Below, piece after piece: positions 47,749 through 59,300 of a stretch of 64,000 nucleotides of DNA. The position numbers and the translations under genes are program-made. Positions within the stretch are counted from its first letter, which is position 1, and the number at the start of each line of letters is the position of its first letter. The stretch covers positions 1-64,000 of the forward strand of contig JBPOGI010000005.1 in the NCBI GenBank assembly GCA_051251855.1. Direction: 5' to 3'. The notes beneath the pieces were generated by a model, which saw nothing but the letters and a program-made list of their open reading frames with translations, did no database searches and was not told the origin of the DNA. The DNA comes from Roseibacillus sp. GTDB taxonomy: Bacteria; Verrucomicrobiota; Verrucomicrobiia; Verrucomicrobiales; Akkermansiaceae.

Positions 47749-48618
47749 CTACTCGAGACGCCAAGTGCGCACCCAATCGTATTTGGTGGTGCGTTGTTCC
47801 CAAGTGCCGCTTTCGACCATGCCTCCGTCAGCTGGAAGTGGATTCCAGTCGTAGGTTTCGATAGCCATTTGAATGAAAGCGGGAACATCCCATTCTATTG
47901 GAGCCTTGATAGAATAGACGTATTCGCCATCGAGGAAGAATTGTACTTCGTGCGGTGATTTCCACCAGGCTCCATAGACATAGAAGCGTTCGTGATTCTT
48001 GGTGGAGGTATATTTCTGACCTTGAATCTGAACCTTTTCGGGATTGTGGCGGTTGACACGGTGAATGAGGTTGGAATGAAAAATTTGGTCCCAGTTCTTC
48101 ACCCAGCTCTCAGCATGGGGGCTCATCTTTCCAACACACTCTTGGATGTCGAGTTCGAGCTTCTTCTTGTGGTTACCTTTGGTCATGAGCCAGAAGGTGG
48201 AGGACATTTCGGTGGCATTTGCCTTCATACGGCACTCGAAATACCAACCGAGTTTGCCGGGATGGAGGGAGCGGACAATGGCACCTTGGTGGGTGAAGTG
48301 AGACTTCTTGGTGGAGTAGGGCTTAGGAAGCTTGCTGACGGTCACGTTCATCATGTCGCCTTTGACGACCACATTTTCAGAGCGAAAGAGAGCGGGAGGC
48401 CGCCCAATCCATGTCCATCCATTTCCGGTGGGTTCTGATTGCCATTTTTTTAGGTCCAAAGAGGAGCCACGAAATTCGTCTGAGAGCTCTGGAACCTTCA
48501 CCCAAGTCTTCTGAGATGGTTTGGGGTCGTGCTTCGGTTGGAAGAAAGGCTGGTTTTGGGCGAGTCCTGACTGAAGGGAGACAAAAAGTAAAACGATGAT
48601 GGCAGCACGGTGAAGCAT
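47749..48618 (-). CDS. Secreted GH16 glycoside hydrolase, beta-porphyranase/agarase-like
   Basis: LSDEF, MSSTFWL, ELDIQE catalytic motif, ETYDW, YDWVRTW. Confidence 0.85.
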   Translation of the reverse strand: MLHRAAIIVLLFVSLQSGLAQNQPFFQPKHDPKPSQKTWVKVPELSDEFRGSSLDLKKWQSEPTGNGWTWIGRPPALFRSENVVVKGDMMNVTVSKLPKPYSTKKSHFTHQGAIVRSLHPGKLGWYFECRMKANATEMSSTFWLMTKGNHKKKLELDIQECVGKMSPHAESWVKNWDQIFHSNLIHRVNRHNPEKVQIQGQKYTSTKNHERFYVYGAWWKSPHEVQFFLDGEYVYSIKAPIEWDVPAFIQMAIETYDWNPLPADGGMVESGTWEQRTTKYDWVRTWRLE

Positions 48619-48686
48619 AGTATTTTCGGGAGAAAATTAAGATTTTTGCTAGCTACGGAAGGAGGGTACTTTGTTTTTCATTCGAT

Positions 48687-49682
48687 TCATGACGAGGAGG
48701 CGTTGACGTCAACGACGACGCGTCCACGAGTTTTACCGGCGAGGATGTCTTTCCCTAAAGTGGGAATGTCGCTCAGAGATGCGGAATGAATCATTTCTTC
48801 GAGTTTGTTGAGTGGGAGGTCGGCGGCCAGGCGCTGCCAGGCGGTCTGTCGCCGTTCGAAGGGTTGCATCACGCTATCGATTCCTAACAGGTTCACGCCT
48901 CTCAGGAGAAAAGGCACGAGAGAGGCGGGTAAAGAGGAGCCTGCCGCGAGTCCGACTGCAGCAGCTGAAGCACCGTATTGCAGTTGTCCGAGCACTCGCG
49001 CCAACATATCTCCCCCTACGGCATCGATGCAGCCTGCCCAGGTTGCGGATTCGAGTGGTCTCTTGGAGAGTGAAGCTAATTCTTCCCGGGGGAGAATGCG
49101 AGTGGCTCCCAGATGGGTGAGGTAGTCAGATGAAGCGGGGCTCCCGGTGACGGCCGCGACTTTGTAACCGAGTTTGGCGAGAATGGCGGTGGCAATGGAG
49201 CCAACTCCACCAGTGGCTCCGGTGACGAGGACTTCTCCTTGGGTAGGGGTGAGCCCATGTTCCTCCAGCGCGATGATGGCGAGCATGGCAGCAAATCCTG
49301 CGGTGCCGATGGCCATGGCTTGTCGCGAGGAGAGGCCTTGGGGGAGAGGGACGAGCCAATCGGCGTTGACTCGAGCCTTTTGCGAGAAGCCACCCCAGTA
49401 ACGTTCGCCGACTCCCCAACCAGTGAGAACGACTGAGTCGCCGGATTGGTATCGTGGATCTTCGGAGTGTTCGACGGTTCCTGCGAAGTCGATACCAGGA
49501 ACGTGGGGATAATTACGGACGAGAGGATTGTTAGGTTGCAGGCAGAGCCCGTCCTTATAGTTGAGGTTAGAGTATTCGATGGCGACGGTGACGTTGCCAT
49601 CGGGGAGTTGGTCTTCCCGGAGTTGTTGAACGGTGGCGTTATCGGGGCCGTCTTTTTGAACGAGAATGGCGTTGAAGGGCAT
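48687..49682 (-). CDS. acuI: Acryloyl-CoA reductase AcuI / YhdH-family MDR oxidoreductase
   Basis: NYKDGL, VPGIDFAG, IGTAG, GATGGVGS, LRGVNLLGIDSV. Confidence 0.85.
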   Translation of the reverse strand: MPFNAILVQKDGPDNATVQQLREDQLPDGNVTVAIEYSNLNYKDGLCLQPNNPLVRNYPHVPGIDFAGTVEHSEDPRYQSGDSVVLTGWGVGERYWGGFSQKARVNADWLVPLPQGLSSRQAMAIGTAGFAAMLAIIALEEHGLTPTQGEVLVTGATGGVGSIATAILAKLGYKVAAVTGSPASSDYLTHLGATRILPREELASLSKRPLESATWAGCIDAVGGDMLARVLGQLQYGASAAAVGLAAGSSLPASLVPFLLRGVNLLGIDSVMQPFERRQTAWQRLAADLPLNKLEEMIHSASLSDIPTLGKDILAGKTRGRVVVDVNASSS

Positions 49683-49721
49683 GGTGAAAAGGAGAAGTGA
49701 GGAGAAAAGATGAAGCGGCTG

Positions 49722-50165
49722 TTAGGCTGGGTTTTCCCAGTGGGAGGCAACTATTTGAGCCTGCTGAGCGAGAGCCGACTTTTCGTCTTCATTGAATTCG
49801 TAGGGTTGAATCATACCGATGCCAAGAGTGCCGATAACGGTTTGGTCTTTTGTGGAAAAAATAGGCACGGCGAGCGAGCCCGAGACCTTGGTGTCTCGTG
49901 CGCCTTCCTTGGCTACGCCGCCGAGGTCTTTTTGAAGGTTACAGAGTTCCACTGGTTCGCGGGTGGCAGCAGCTGCTCCGGCGATTCCTTTGCCAAAGGG
50001 GATATTGTCGATGACGGAGAGGAGGTGCTCAGGGACTCCTAAAGAGGCAATGAGTTGCAGGGTTTCGCTATCTTGGGAGCGATGGAGAGTGCCGGTTTGG
50101 CAATTGAATTGAGTGGCGACTTTGGATAGCCAGGCCGTTGGGTCTTCGGAGGGGGAAGTTTGCAT
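49722..50165 (-). CDS. GAF domain protein
   Basis: IPFGKGIAGAAA...GSLAVPI...IGTLGIG. Confidence 0.85.
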   Translation of the reverse strand: MQTSPSEDPTAWLSKVATQFNCQTGTLHRSQDSETLQLIASLGVPEHLLSVIDNIPFGKGIAGAAAATREPVELCNLQKDLGGVAKEGARDTKVSGSLAVPIFSTKDQTVIGTLGIGMIQPYEFNEDEKSALAQQAQIVASHWENPA

Positions 50166-50286
50166 AAAGAGATTAAAGCAGAGGGAAGGTAGGGAGGAAA
50201 GCCGCCTCTTTGCGAGGCGCCCGGGGAGTTGTTGGCACGATTGCTTCGTGAGTGTGGTTAGATAGCAGGGCAGTCTTCAGTTCTCG

Positions 50287-51261
50287 ATGCCGTTGCTTTC
50301 CAGTTCTTGCTACAAGTCGCCTTGGTTTTTACCGGGTGGGCATTTGCAAACCATCGTTCCTTCCTTGACGAGGAAGGTGCCTCATGTGACTGAGGAGCAA
50401 GAGCGGCTAGAGCTTGCTGATGGTGATTTTTTGGATTTGCAGTGGTGTCGTGAAGGAGGTGAAGGGGAGAAGTTGGTGATTCTTTGCCACGGTTTTGAGG
50501 CGGATGCGGGGGCGAGCTATTTGCAAGAGATGGCGGGCGCTCTGAGGGAGAAGGGTTGGGATGTGCTGGCTTGGAGTTACCGAGGTTGTAGTGGGGAGAT
50601 GAACCGATTGCCGCGCTTCTATCATAGTGGAGCCACAGAAGACCTCGGGGCGGTGGTGAATCATGCGCTGAAGAGCCATCGGGCCAACCAGATTGATTTG
50701 GTGGGTTTCAGTTTGGGTGGAAATATGATTTTGAAGTATTTGGGAGAGAAGGCGGAGGAGGTGTCTCCGAGGCTGGGGAGGGCGGCGACGTTTTCGGTGC
50801 CGTGTGACCTCGCTTGCTCGTCGCATGCACTTGATACGGCCTTCAATCGTGAAATCTATATGCGACGCTTCATCAAGAGTTTGGCGGATAAAATTCGACA
50901 GAAGGAGATAGTTTTTCCGAAAGAGATGGACTCGACGGGGCTCGATAAGGTGCGAACCTTTCGAGAGTTTGACTCGCGTTACACGGCGCCACTTCATGGG
51001 TTCATTGATGCCGAGGACTACTGGAAACGTAGTAGTTCACGGCCTTTTCTTGAGGAAATTCGGCTTCCGGCTCTGTTGGTGAATGCGGCGAACGATCCGT
51101 TTTTAGGACCCGGTTGTTTTCCTCGTGAGGAGGCGGTCGCTAGCAGTTTCTTTCATCTAGAAGTTCCAAGCACGGGAGGGCATGTCGGCTTTCCGGGAGG
51201 AGTAAGAAATCAGTCTTGGATGACTCGGCGAGCGCTCCGGTTTTTGGAGAATCTTACTTAA
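50287..51261 (+). CDS. YheT-family alpha/beta hydrolase
   Basis: GHLQT, DGDFLDL, RGCSG, YHSG, GFSLGG, NDPF, GGHVGF. Confidence 0.92.
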   Translation: MPLLSSSCYKSPWFLPGGHLQTIVPSLTRKVPHVTEEQERLELADGDFLDLQWCREGGEGEKLVILCHGFEADAGASYLQEMAGALREKGWDVLAWSYRGCSGEMNRLPRFYHSGATEDLGAVVNHALKSHRANQIDLVGFSLGGNMILKYLGEKAEEVSPRLGRAATFSVPCDLACSSHALDTAFNREIYMRRFIKSLADKIRQKEIVFPKEMDSTGLDKVRTFREFDSRYTAPLHGFIDAEDYWKRSSSRPFLEEIRLPALLVNAANDPFLGPGCFPREEAVASSFFHLEVPSTGGHVGFPGGVRNQSWMTRRALRFLENLT

Positions 51262-52462
51262 GGAATTCTCTTCCCAGTTCGGTTTCCGACATCTTGATAG
51301 TTTCGTCTTCGCGGAATTTTTCGACCCAGCTACGAGCAACATATCCTGCCAAGAAGTGGCTCAGGCTGTGAGCGATTTTTTCGTTATTCGTCGCTTGATC
51401 CTTACCGAGTCGGGAGAGGAGGTCCTCCAGATAGTTCTTCTCATTAAAATATGTGGCAAGATTTTCGGCTAGGTAATCTTCTCCTTCCTTCTCATAGAAC
51501 CACTTCGAGTAAGTTTCCATGGAAGGATCGGTGGTTGCCCACTTGAGCCAAAGTTTCATGGGTTCGTAGAGTAAGAAATACTCTCCGAATTTGACGCCGG
51601 CTTTCCGTAAGCGAGCCTCGAGTTCTTCCGTGGTCTCCTCGTCATCCCAGATGTCTGGCGGGATGAACCCAAACGACATGTTAATGAAAACAGGGAGGCC
51701 ATAGCTGTCCTTGGTAACGTCGATACAGGTTTCCACTTTTTCAGGAAAGGGTGGGCGTTCATCAAGGAGGGTTTCATCCGATAGGTCGGTTTCGAGTTTG
51801 AGTAGTTTGAGAGTGCGACGTTCGCCTTTCTCGTTTTCAAGAATCTGTTGCTGCAGAAATCCTGTCTCTCGATTAATACGCACTTTCCCCATTTCCAAGG
51901 TGTCAAATTCAATCGTTTCCTGCCATTTGCGAATGGACTTCGATTTATCGAGATAGAAATTTGCCCAGAGTGTGATGGGTAACGACTGGGTCACTGGACT
52001 GCAATTGATTGAGGTTTTGTCCAAATTAAGCTGGGGAGCAATCTCATACTCCTTGGCGGTGTTTTTACTGTCTGGGAGAATTTCTAATCTGACACGATGA
52101 CTACGCTCACTGATTGCCTTCATGTGCTTCATCCCTTTCACGCACACTCCGTTCATTGATATATAGGCGGTGTCGTCGTCATTGTTGGCTAACCAGTAGA
52201 GGACTTGGTCTCCCTCGTCGGTTTCCACTTCAACTTTGGCCCATAGTTGGGAGTGATCAGAAAGCGAGGTGACGACGGCCCTGAAGTTTTTGTTTCCCTT
52301 CCGGCCGTCATAGGTTGCGCGGTAGCCACCCACCGTCTGAAATTGCTCCTTCAGGCGCTCGCTCCATTCTGCAGCCTCACTCAAAGGTTCTTCCTGGGAC
52401 CAACAAAGAGAGAGTGAGCCGATCAGAAAGAGAATCGAATAGCACCTTAATGAGAACATCAT
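51254..52462 (-). CDS. Hypothetical secreted protein
   Basis: 402-aa ORF with signal peptide; no motif recognised. Confidence 0.7.
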   Translation of the reverse strand: MMFSLRCYSILFLIGSLSLCWSQEEPLSEAAEWSERLKEQFQTVGGYRATYDGRKGNKNFRAVVTSLSDHSQLWAKVEVETDEGDQVLYWLANNDDDTAYISMNGVCVKGMKHMKAISERSHRVRLEILPDSKNTAKEYEIAPQLNLDKTSINCSPVTQSLPITLWANFYLDKSKSIRKWQETIEFDTLEMGKVRINRETGFLQQQILENEKGERRTLKLLKLETDLSDETLLDERPPFPEKVETCIDVTKDSYGLPVFINMSFGFIPPDIWDDEETTEELEARLRKAGVKFGEYFLLYEPMKLWLKWATTDPSMETYSKWFYEKEGEDYLAENLATYFNEKNYLEDLLSRLGKDQATNNEKIAHSLSHFLAGYVARSWVEKFREDETIKMSETELGREFLK

Positions 52463-52544
52463 TGGACGATACCTAAATGGTATTAGGTATGTCTAGCTAT
52501 GAATCGGCGAGCTTGGAAGCTGTCTTTGGTGACAAACGAGACGA

Positions 52545-53033
52545 CTATTTTCGATAGGATTTTGTCAGTCGTCTGGCGCATTCGATCTGAGCACCAGTCT
52601 CGAGGCAGCATTTGCGGCGGGCACGGATCCAGTCTACGGGATCTGTTCCTTTGGGGATGAATCCGGCTTTCGCGCACCAAGCGATGATGAATTGGCCTGT
52701 TCGTCCACAGCCTGCGACGCAATGCACCACCACGGGTTCTTCGGCGGCATGGTGTTTATCCATGAGGTTGAGGAACTGCTGGATTTGTTCTTCAGTGGGA
52801 ACTCCATAGTCTGGCACGTTGATGAAGTGATAGTCGAAACGCTTGGGCACATCTTTGCGATTGTCGAACTCGCAGACATTGACCACGGCCTTGACACCTT
52901 CGTCGTCAAAAAGATCGAAGACATAAGGGTCTGGCCACCAAGAGGCGGCGATGACTCCTTCAACGATCCAAGTGAAGGGCTCGGTTCGCTCCGGTTGTCC
53001 GCGTTCAGGCCAATACCAAGGTCGAATAGGCAT
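52545..53033 (-). CDS. Dual-specificity protein phosphatase
   Basis: VPDYGVP general-acid loop, HCVAGCGRTG (CX5R). Confidence 0.9.
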   Translation of the reverse strand: MPIRPWYWPERGQPERTEPFTWIVEGVIAASWWPDPYVFDLFDDEGVKAVVNVCEFDNRKDVPKRFDYHFINVPDYGVPTEEQIQQFLNLMDKHHAAEEPVVVHCVAGCGRTGQFIIAWCAKAGFIPKGTDPVDWIRARRKCCLETGAQIECARRLTKSYRK

Positions 53034-53108
53034 GGCTCACTGTCGCAGTTACGCGATGCCATGCAATGCTGCTCTGCGTGAGACTTTCGCTTCCGTAGAA
53101 GAGCAAAG

Positions 53109-53846
53109 CTATCGGCGACGACGCAGAGTCACGAGAGCCAATCCACCACTCAAGAGAAGGAGGGAAGAAGGCTCGGGAATCACGGTGTAGGTGATCAGAG
53201 GTCGGTTGGCTACATCTCCATCATTAGCGGTGTTAATGACATAGCCGCTCCGCTCGTCAGTAATGTCAGTGGATCCATCCCGATTGAGACGAAGAAAGAC
53301 GAAGTCGCCAACACTAGCGCTATTATACTGGGCGTTAAGAAAACTTGAGATGTCTACAGACGTTACCAAGCTGGGACCAGCAGTCTCAGGGACAGAGGTT
53401 GGAGTCATAATGCTGTCCTCTAGAAGAGTTGCAGTGGGATCCACGCCATCGCCAACCCAGAAGTCGTCGGCGGGGATAAGGGTGTTTGCAGCCCGGGCAT
53501 CAATTCCGTAAAGGTCAACATTGTAGAGACCGGGAACGTCGTTTCGAATTTCCAGATTGAAGCTCACGGTGGCAGAGGCAAAGGGACTGGTGACTGCTCC
53601 CAGATCTGGAAGTGGAAAAACTAAAACAGCGTTAAAGTTGAAGCCGGTGCCAGCGTCCCAGTTTCCAGCCCGAGCACGTGCATTTGTGGTTCCCTGAATG
53701 GAGGTGGCCCCCCCTCCGGTAGCACCATTGGCTGAGGCCTGAATGATTCCGTCGCCGGCGTTTCCAGCAATGGTAGCAGATTCACAAAGTTGCGTTGCGA
53801 GTGCGATACCTGCGAGGGGCAAAAGTTGTTGAAGTTGAAAATTCAT
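53109..53846 (-). CDS. PEP-CTERM sorting domain protein
   Basis: Signal peptide; C-terminal IPEPSS-LLLLSGGLALV-RRRR. Confidence 0.92.
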   Translation of the reverse strand: MNFQLQQLLPLAGIALATQLCESATIAGNAGDGIIQASANGATGGGATSIQGTTNARARAGNWDAGTGFNFNAVLVFPLPDLGAVTSPFASATVSFNLEIRNDVPGLYNVDLYGIDARAANTLIPADDFWVGDGVDPTATLLEDSIMTPTSVPETAGPSLVTSVDISSFLNAQYNSASVGDFVFLRLNRDGSTDITDERSGYVINTANDGDVANRPLITYTVIPEPSSLLLLSGGLALVTLRRRR

Positions 53847-54082
53847 GCTGTGATTTAGGGGTTCTGGCCATGAAAGAGAAATCTGGGGACTCAACAAGAA
53901 GAAAATCGGATCAAAAAGCTTTTAATGCTCAAAATGAGGCAAGACCGCACTTGTCTTACACATGACTAAACTTTTTATGCTATTGTCTCTGAGGTGAGGA
54001 GGGAGTTCGCCCTTTCGTGAGAGTTCTCGCTTTGCGAACCATTCGTGATGAAAAAGCGACCAATCTACGTCCTACTCTAAAC

Positions 54083-55294
54083 ATGACCGCTATTCGAATT
54101 CTTGTTACCTCTCTTGCCGCAGGGCTTTTCCTTTTCGCGTTCCCTTTGCTGGGGCAGACGGTGCATTTGGTCAAAGATGGAGAAAGTCTGTGGACGATTT
54201 CTAAGAAGACTGGAGTGTCTATTGCGGCAATCAAAACGGCGAACGGGTTGGAGAGTGATGTGATTTGGGAAGGCTCAAAGCTGATTATTCCAAAAGTTGT
54301 TCCTAACCAGACGGCACCGCTAACCAATACGGCTTCGGGGGTGAGGCCTTTGGCGCCTATCGTGGAGCGAAGGCCTATCGTCGAGAGGAGACCTATTGTG
54401 GAAGAAAGGAAGTCTCCGGCAGGTCCCTTGTCCGAAAAGGGTCGTCAAATTCTTCGGCAGCAAGTTCTTCTCGACCGGGCTGGATTTTCTCCCGGAATAA
54501 TCGATGGCTATGATGGCAAATACACGCAGTTGGCAATGACCTTGTGTGAATCTTGGAACCCGAGTGCTCTGCGTTCGACAATATCGACGACGACTCTGGT
54601 AGAGGTTCCTGCGAACTGGAGCTCGTTCGTCAACCCTCGTTTACCGGGGTCGGGGAATTCTCCTGATTTTAAAGCTCTCACCGCAAAGAAGGAGGTAATC
54701 CATTATTACTCGGGCTTGGAGTACCTTGCTGAGCGCTATCATTGTAGCGAAGGCCTCCTGAAAAAGCTCAATCCGAGAATCGACTTCAAGCGACTTCAAG
54801 CCGGTGTTTCCCTTGTGGTGCCCAACGTGGTGCCCTTCAAAATCGAAGATTACTTTAAGCCGAACGGAACGGGGATTTGGTCAAGCGGTTTGGGCAAGGG
54901 TGATACCGAGCATACGATTTATATTTCGGCGCCTGACATGATGTTGACCGTCTGGGAGGGAGCGCAACTCGTCCGGGGCTACCCTATCACGCTCAACTTA
55001 GAAGATAGTCCGCGAGGGCAAAGGGAGCTTGGGGTGATTACCCCGGGGCCGGTCTATATGCGTAAGAAGACGGGGCTGGATTTAAAGGCGGGTCCGAACA
55101 GTCCAGTGGGTATCGTGTGGTGTCCGCTCGGGAATGGCTTTGGGATTCATGGCACGAATAATCCTAACACCATCGGACGGGCTTCCAGTTCGGGTTGTGT
55201 TCGGCTTGCGAACTGGGATGCGGTGCGCTTGGCGGCCCTGGTTCGGAAGGGGACAAAGGTCATGATCAGCGAACGACCTCGCAAGCACAACTAG
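54083..55294 (+). CDS. LysM + L,D-transpeptidase family protein
   Basis: HLVKDGESLWTIS LysM; GPNSPVG...GIHGT...SSGCVRL. Confidence 0.9.
   Translation: MTAIRILVTSLAAGLFLFAFPLLGQTVHLVKDGESLWTISKKTGVSIAAIKTANGLESDVIWEGSKLIIPKVVPNQTAPLTNTASGVRPLAPIVERRPIVERRPIVEERKSPAGPLSEKGRQILRQQVLLDRAGFSPGIIDGYDGKYTQLAMTLCESWNPSALRSTISTTTLVEVPANWSSFVNPRLPGSGNSPDFKALTAKKEVIHYYSGLEYLAERYHCSEGLLKKLNPRIDFKRLQAGVSLVVPNVVPFKIEDYFKPNGTGIWSSGLGKGDTEHTIYISAPDMMLTVWEGAQLVRGYPITLNLEDSPRGQRELGVITPGPVYMRKKTGLDLKAGPNSPVGIVWCPLGNGFGIHGTNNPNTIGRASSSGCVRLANWDAVRLAALVRKGTKVMISERPRKHN
54356..54409 (+). repeat. Three degenerate 18-nt coding tandem repeats (PIVERR/PIVERR/PIVEER)
   Basis: cctatcgtggagcgaagg cctatcgtcgagaggaga cctattgtggaagaaagg. 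Confidence 0.75.
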
Positions 55295-55369
55295 AAGAAT
55301 TCCTCTAGGTTTCTAAACGATTCTCAAGTCTTCTGTGCTTCGCAATGGCATCACCGATGGAAACTGTTT

Positions 55370-56278
55370 TCATTCCTTGGTTTGTTCAAAGAGCCATTCG
55401 TGCATTTTGGTGTCGTTGGTGACATTGCCGATGATGCCATGACCCGCATCTGGGAATTCAGTATACTTGAAGACTTTCGAGCGCTTCAATTCTTCAGCGC
55501 AATTGCGCGCAGAGGCTGGGCTAACGACGTCGTCCTTGGCTCCATGAAATGACCAGATGGGCATCGAACGAAGTTTGCCGACATCGTTCGCTCCCCCTGC
55601 GATAGGGACTCCTGCCGCAAAGAGCTTTGGTTCTTCTTTGAGAAAATGCCACGTACCGAATCCGCCCATGGAATAGCCAATAACGTAGATTCGATTCTCG
55701 TCGATGATGGGCAGGTTTTTAAGAAGATCGTCCAAGAGCGAGAGGGTTTCTTCACCGGGCTCATCATCCCAACCACCACCGGTGGCACCATGGGGTTGGT
55801 AACAGAGAGGTGCGAGGATGAGGCAAGGACGAGCCTCGTAGTTCGAGCTTTCCGCAAACTTTCGAGCAAAGCCAATCTGCAGTCCGTTTTCATTGTTGCT
55901 ACTTTTTCCATGCAACGAAATCACCAGTGGGACTTTCGAGTTACCGTCCAACTGTTTTCCGCCATAGAATGCATAGGGCAAGTTGCCGTGCTCTGCATTG
56001 ACCCATTCGCCAGTGACCAAATGGGCGTAATCTCCCTCAATTTTCTTTGTTTGTTGGGCTGGAGCATCGTCCTGTTCTTCAACAAAGGAATGATCCGCTT
56101 CGACGAGACGTTCGAGGGGAATGGTGAAGACCTTGCCATCTTTGTCCCGCTTGAGGGTGACTTCTGACTCGGTAGCGGAAACAAAAGTGGCTTCGAGAAG
56201 TTTTCCGTCGGTCGAAGTCCAAGTGCGAGCGGTTGCACTCGATAAACTGAGGGCGAGAATGAGGAAGTGATTTTTCAT
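55370..56278 (-). CDS. SHD1-like domain + alpha/beta hydrolase (esterase/peptidase)
   Basis: RTWTSTDGKLLEA...IPLERL; LHG, GYSMGG, FHGAKDDVV, GH. Confidence 0.85.
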   Translation of the reverse strand: MKNHFLILALSLSSATARTWTSTDGKLLEATFVSATESEVTLKRDKDGKVFTIPLERLVEADHSFVEEQDDAPAQQTKKIEGDYAHLVTGEWVNAEHGNLPYAFYGGKQLDGNSKVPLVISLHGKSSNNENGLQIGFARKFAESSNYEARPCLILAPLCYQPHGATGGGWDDEPGEETLSLLDDLLKNLPIIDENRIYVIGYSMGGFGTWHFLKEEPKLFAAGVPIAGGANDVGKLRSMPIWSFHGAKDDVVSPASARNCAEELKRSKVFKYTEFPDAGHGIIGNVTNDTKMHEWLFEQTKE

Positions 56279-56394
56279 AGCCAACCTTAAGTCCTACTCG
56301 AGATATGCCCCTCTTGGACAGCCTTTTTATTCGTGAGGAACGAAAAGTGAAGGGGTTAGCACAGTGAGTGTAACCGTCATGGCTTGTCATTTGC

Positions 56395-59300
56395 TTAGGG
56401 CAGCTCAAGGGCAGAAATTCGGAGTTGGTAGAACTGCTTGGGTGTCGTGGAGATGAAAGCTGGGTCGAGGATAAGGACGGACTCCAGTTCGGAAGAGAGA
56501 ACGGTCAAGTTTTCTTCCGCAGGGGTGGGGGTGGCGTCTAGGTTGGGTAAGCTTGGGCCTGCGAAGAGTTGCCATTGAACGTCGGAGGTGAAGCGGCGGC
56601 GGGTGGTCTGTAAGCCAAGCTGCTGGGTGGCGCCGGTTCCGAAAAATTGAAGGCATGAGGGGAAGTCGTTTGGTACGTTTTCGTTAGTTCCAAGTGCGTA
56701 TTCGTCCCATGTGGTGAGTCCGTCACCATCGACGTCACTATCGGGGTGGCCAGGCATTCCGAGGAGTTGATCGGCAAGGCTGAAGTTGATGGCCTGCCAG
56801 CCGTTGAAGTGAGTTTCGTAACCGCTCCCTACAAGGCCGGGTGAGCCGTTGAGTTCTGGGCTGCTACCCCAGGTCGCGGGGTTGCTATACTCGTCGTAGT
56901 CAGCGGCGATATCGCGGAGAACAAGGCTGGAGCCACTGCCGTCGGAGTTGGGATACCATGAGTCGAGGTAAGTGAATTCGAGAATGTTCTCCCCGATGGG
57001 GTCTTCCAGCTTGAGAGTCTCCCCGAGGTTCTCTAGGAGCCCTGAGTAGGGACCAAGGACAACCACGCCAGGGTCGCCATAGCGGATGTCAAAGGCGGTG
57101 GGGTTCTTAACGAGGAGGAGGCGATCGTTTGCTGCTAGGTCTGTAGAAGCAGGGAAGGTATAATCGATACCAAGGGTGAAAGAAGCGCCGGAAAGGTCGA
57201 GGGTGTTGGGGCCAGTATTCATCAGCTCGATGAATTCGAAGTCGCGGTCCTCGAGTCCAGGTTGGATGAGAAGTTCAGCTGGGGTTGGGTTCGCGGGGTT
57301 GTAATTGATTTCAGAAATCCGCAGGTAGCGCTGCGCATCGGTGGGAGCTCCTGGGTAGGTGTATTCATCGACGAAGGTTCCTGCCGCATTGCGAAGAACG
57401 ATCATCTCTCCTCGTGCAGAAAGCTGTCCGTCGTAGGGTCCTTGCACGAAGCGGAACTCGCCGCCGGTGGGGCCGGTGGAGCGTGACCGAAAGTCAGCCG
57501 GGCTGCGGGCAACGTGGATGAGGCCTTTGTAGTTCGAACCGATGGTTCCGCTGCCTGCTAAGACAACGGTGCCAGCGGGGAAAGTGTAGTCCACTGCGCC
57601 GCTGAGGGTCCAGCCAGTGAGGTCGAGGGAGGAGGATTCGTTGTTCTTGATGATGAGGTATTCTTCGTCTTGATTCCCTGAGTTGGGAAGGAAGTCGATG
57701 GAATCAATGACGATATTGGGAATGGACGGTTGGGTGGGAGGAATGGGGGTGCCGTTGATGTTGGCGCTAAACATAGCCGAGCGATGTCCGGGAAGCCACT
57801 CATTGTATAGGCGCATGGAGTAGGGAAGGCTGGCGAGGTTGTCTCCCCAAGAGCCCCAAGCGGTGTAGTCGAGATCCGAGTCCGAGACGACTCCTGGTGG
57901 ATTGGTCGAGACTTCAATTTCGATGATTTTCTTTCGGACCCAATCCTCTGCGATAGGGGTGCCGTTGGGCTGGAGGAATTCACGACGCAAGGTCTCGAAG
58001 CGTCGGGCATACATCTCTTTGAATTCGGTGGTGGTGTAGATGAGTTGCCAAAGCGAGTTGAAGTTGTCCAGAAGCAGTGGGGTCTGAAGGCTGTCGTCGA
58101 AATACTGTAGCGAGGGTCCACCCCAGCGGTGCCCAGCAGAGAGATCAACATCCCATGGGAGGGGGCGCCATTCTTCAGTTCCTTCCGTATCACGATAGAG
58201 ATAGTAGTTCTTAAGGCCGGTATCGTTGACTCCGATGATGGCGTTGGCAACGAGCTGATTCACGGTGCCTGCGACGTCCAAATAATCGTAAGCGTTTCTC
58301 CGCCGGGTGGTAGTAGAGTTGCTTTGCGACATTTGATTAAAGAAGTCCTGCAAGTCTTGTCGGCCCTCATCTTTACGCGTTTTCTTGTTGGCGGTGTTCA
58401 CGTTTTGCATGGGGTCATACATTTTGTAGAGCGCTCCATCAGGGTCCATGCCAAGGCGTTCGAGGAAGCGATCATCTCCATCTTCAACGAGATCAGAGAT
58501 GGCGAAGAAGGAACCATTACGTTCAACGCGAACAGGGAAGGCATAATGATAGGGGTTGCCCACCTGCTTGTAAGAATCGTAGGCGAAGGTGTTCCGGACT
58601 TTGCTTTTGTCGGCCCAATTGGAGAGGAGATTGATGTCCTTGGCCTTGATTTCACCTTCTTTCCAAGTGAAGCGATTGCCGCGATTGAAGTCTAGATCGT
58701 AAGATTTTTTTGGGAAGCTGAGGCTGGTCTGACCGTGTAAATCCATCTGAACGTTGTCATAGAATTCTCCAAGGTAGGAGACGGAAATCCGGTCGCCTCC
58801 CGAGGTGTCAACGGCAGCGGCGTTCTCAACAAAAAGTTGTATCACGGGGAGATTGGAGGTCGTTAAATCAGGATCGAGAGCGACGGTGCCATAATAGCGA
58901 TCAGAATCGAGAGGGTCGTTGTAAGGAGGAGAAGTCCGCGCGTTGTTGCTAGAGTCTACGGCTTCGAATCGCCAGCGGAGCATCTCTCCGGGGCTGATTT
59001 GGCTAGTGGGAATTTCCCCACTATAGATGCCGTCTGCGGCCAAAGCGTCAGGGGCGATACCATCGTCTAACAGGATGAGCGATGATTCGGCTGCGAACAT
59101 GGTCCGGTAGAAGGCGGTCACGGTTGCGACCGAGTCGGTGCCTTCGCGAACGGTGGCAGTGACGAGGAGGTTCGGGCTCGTTGGGCTGCCTGTTGGCTGG
59201 GTGGGAGCTGACTCGGTGATTTCTTCGAAGAGGGGAGCGAGGTCTACGCTTCCGCTTCCGTTTGCTGAGCCTGGGGAGGGAGTGGTGAAGTAGGAATGCG

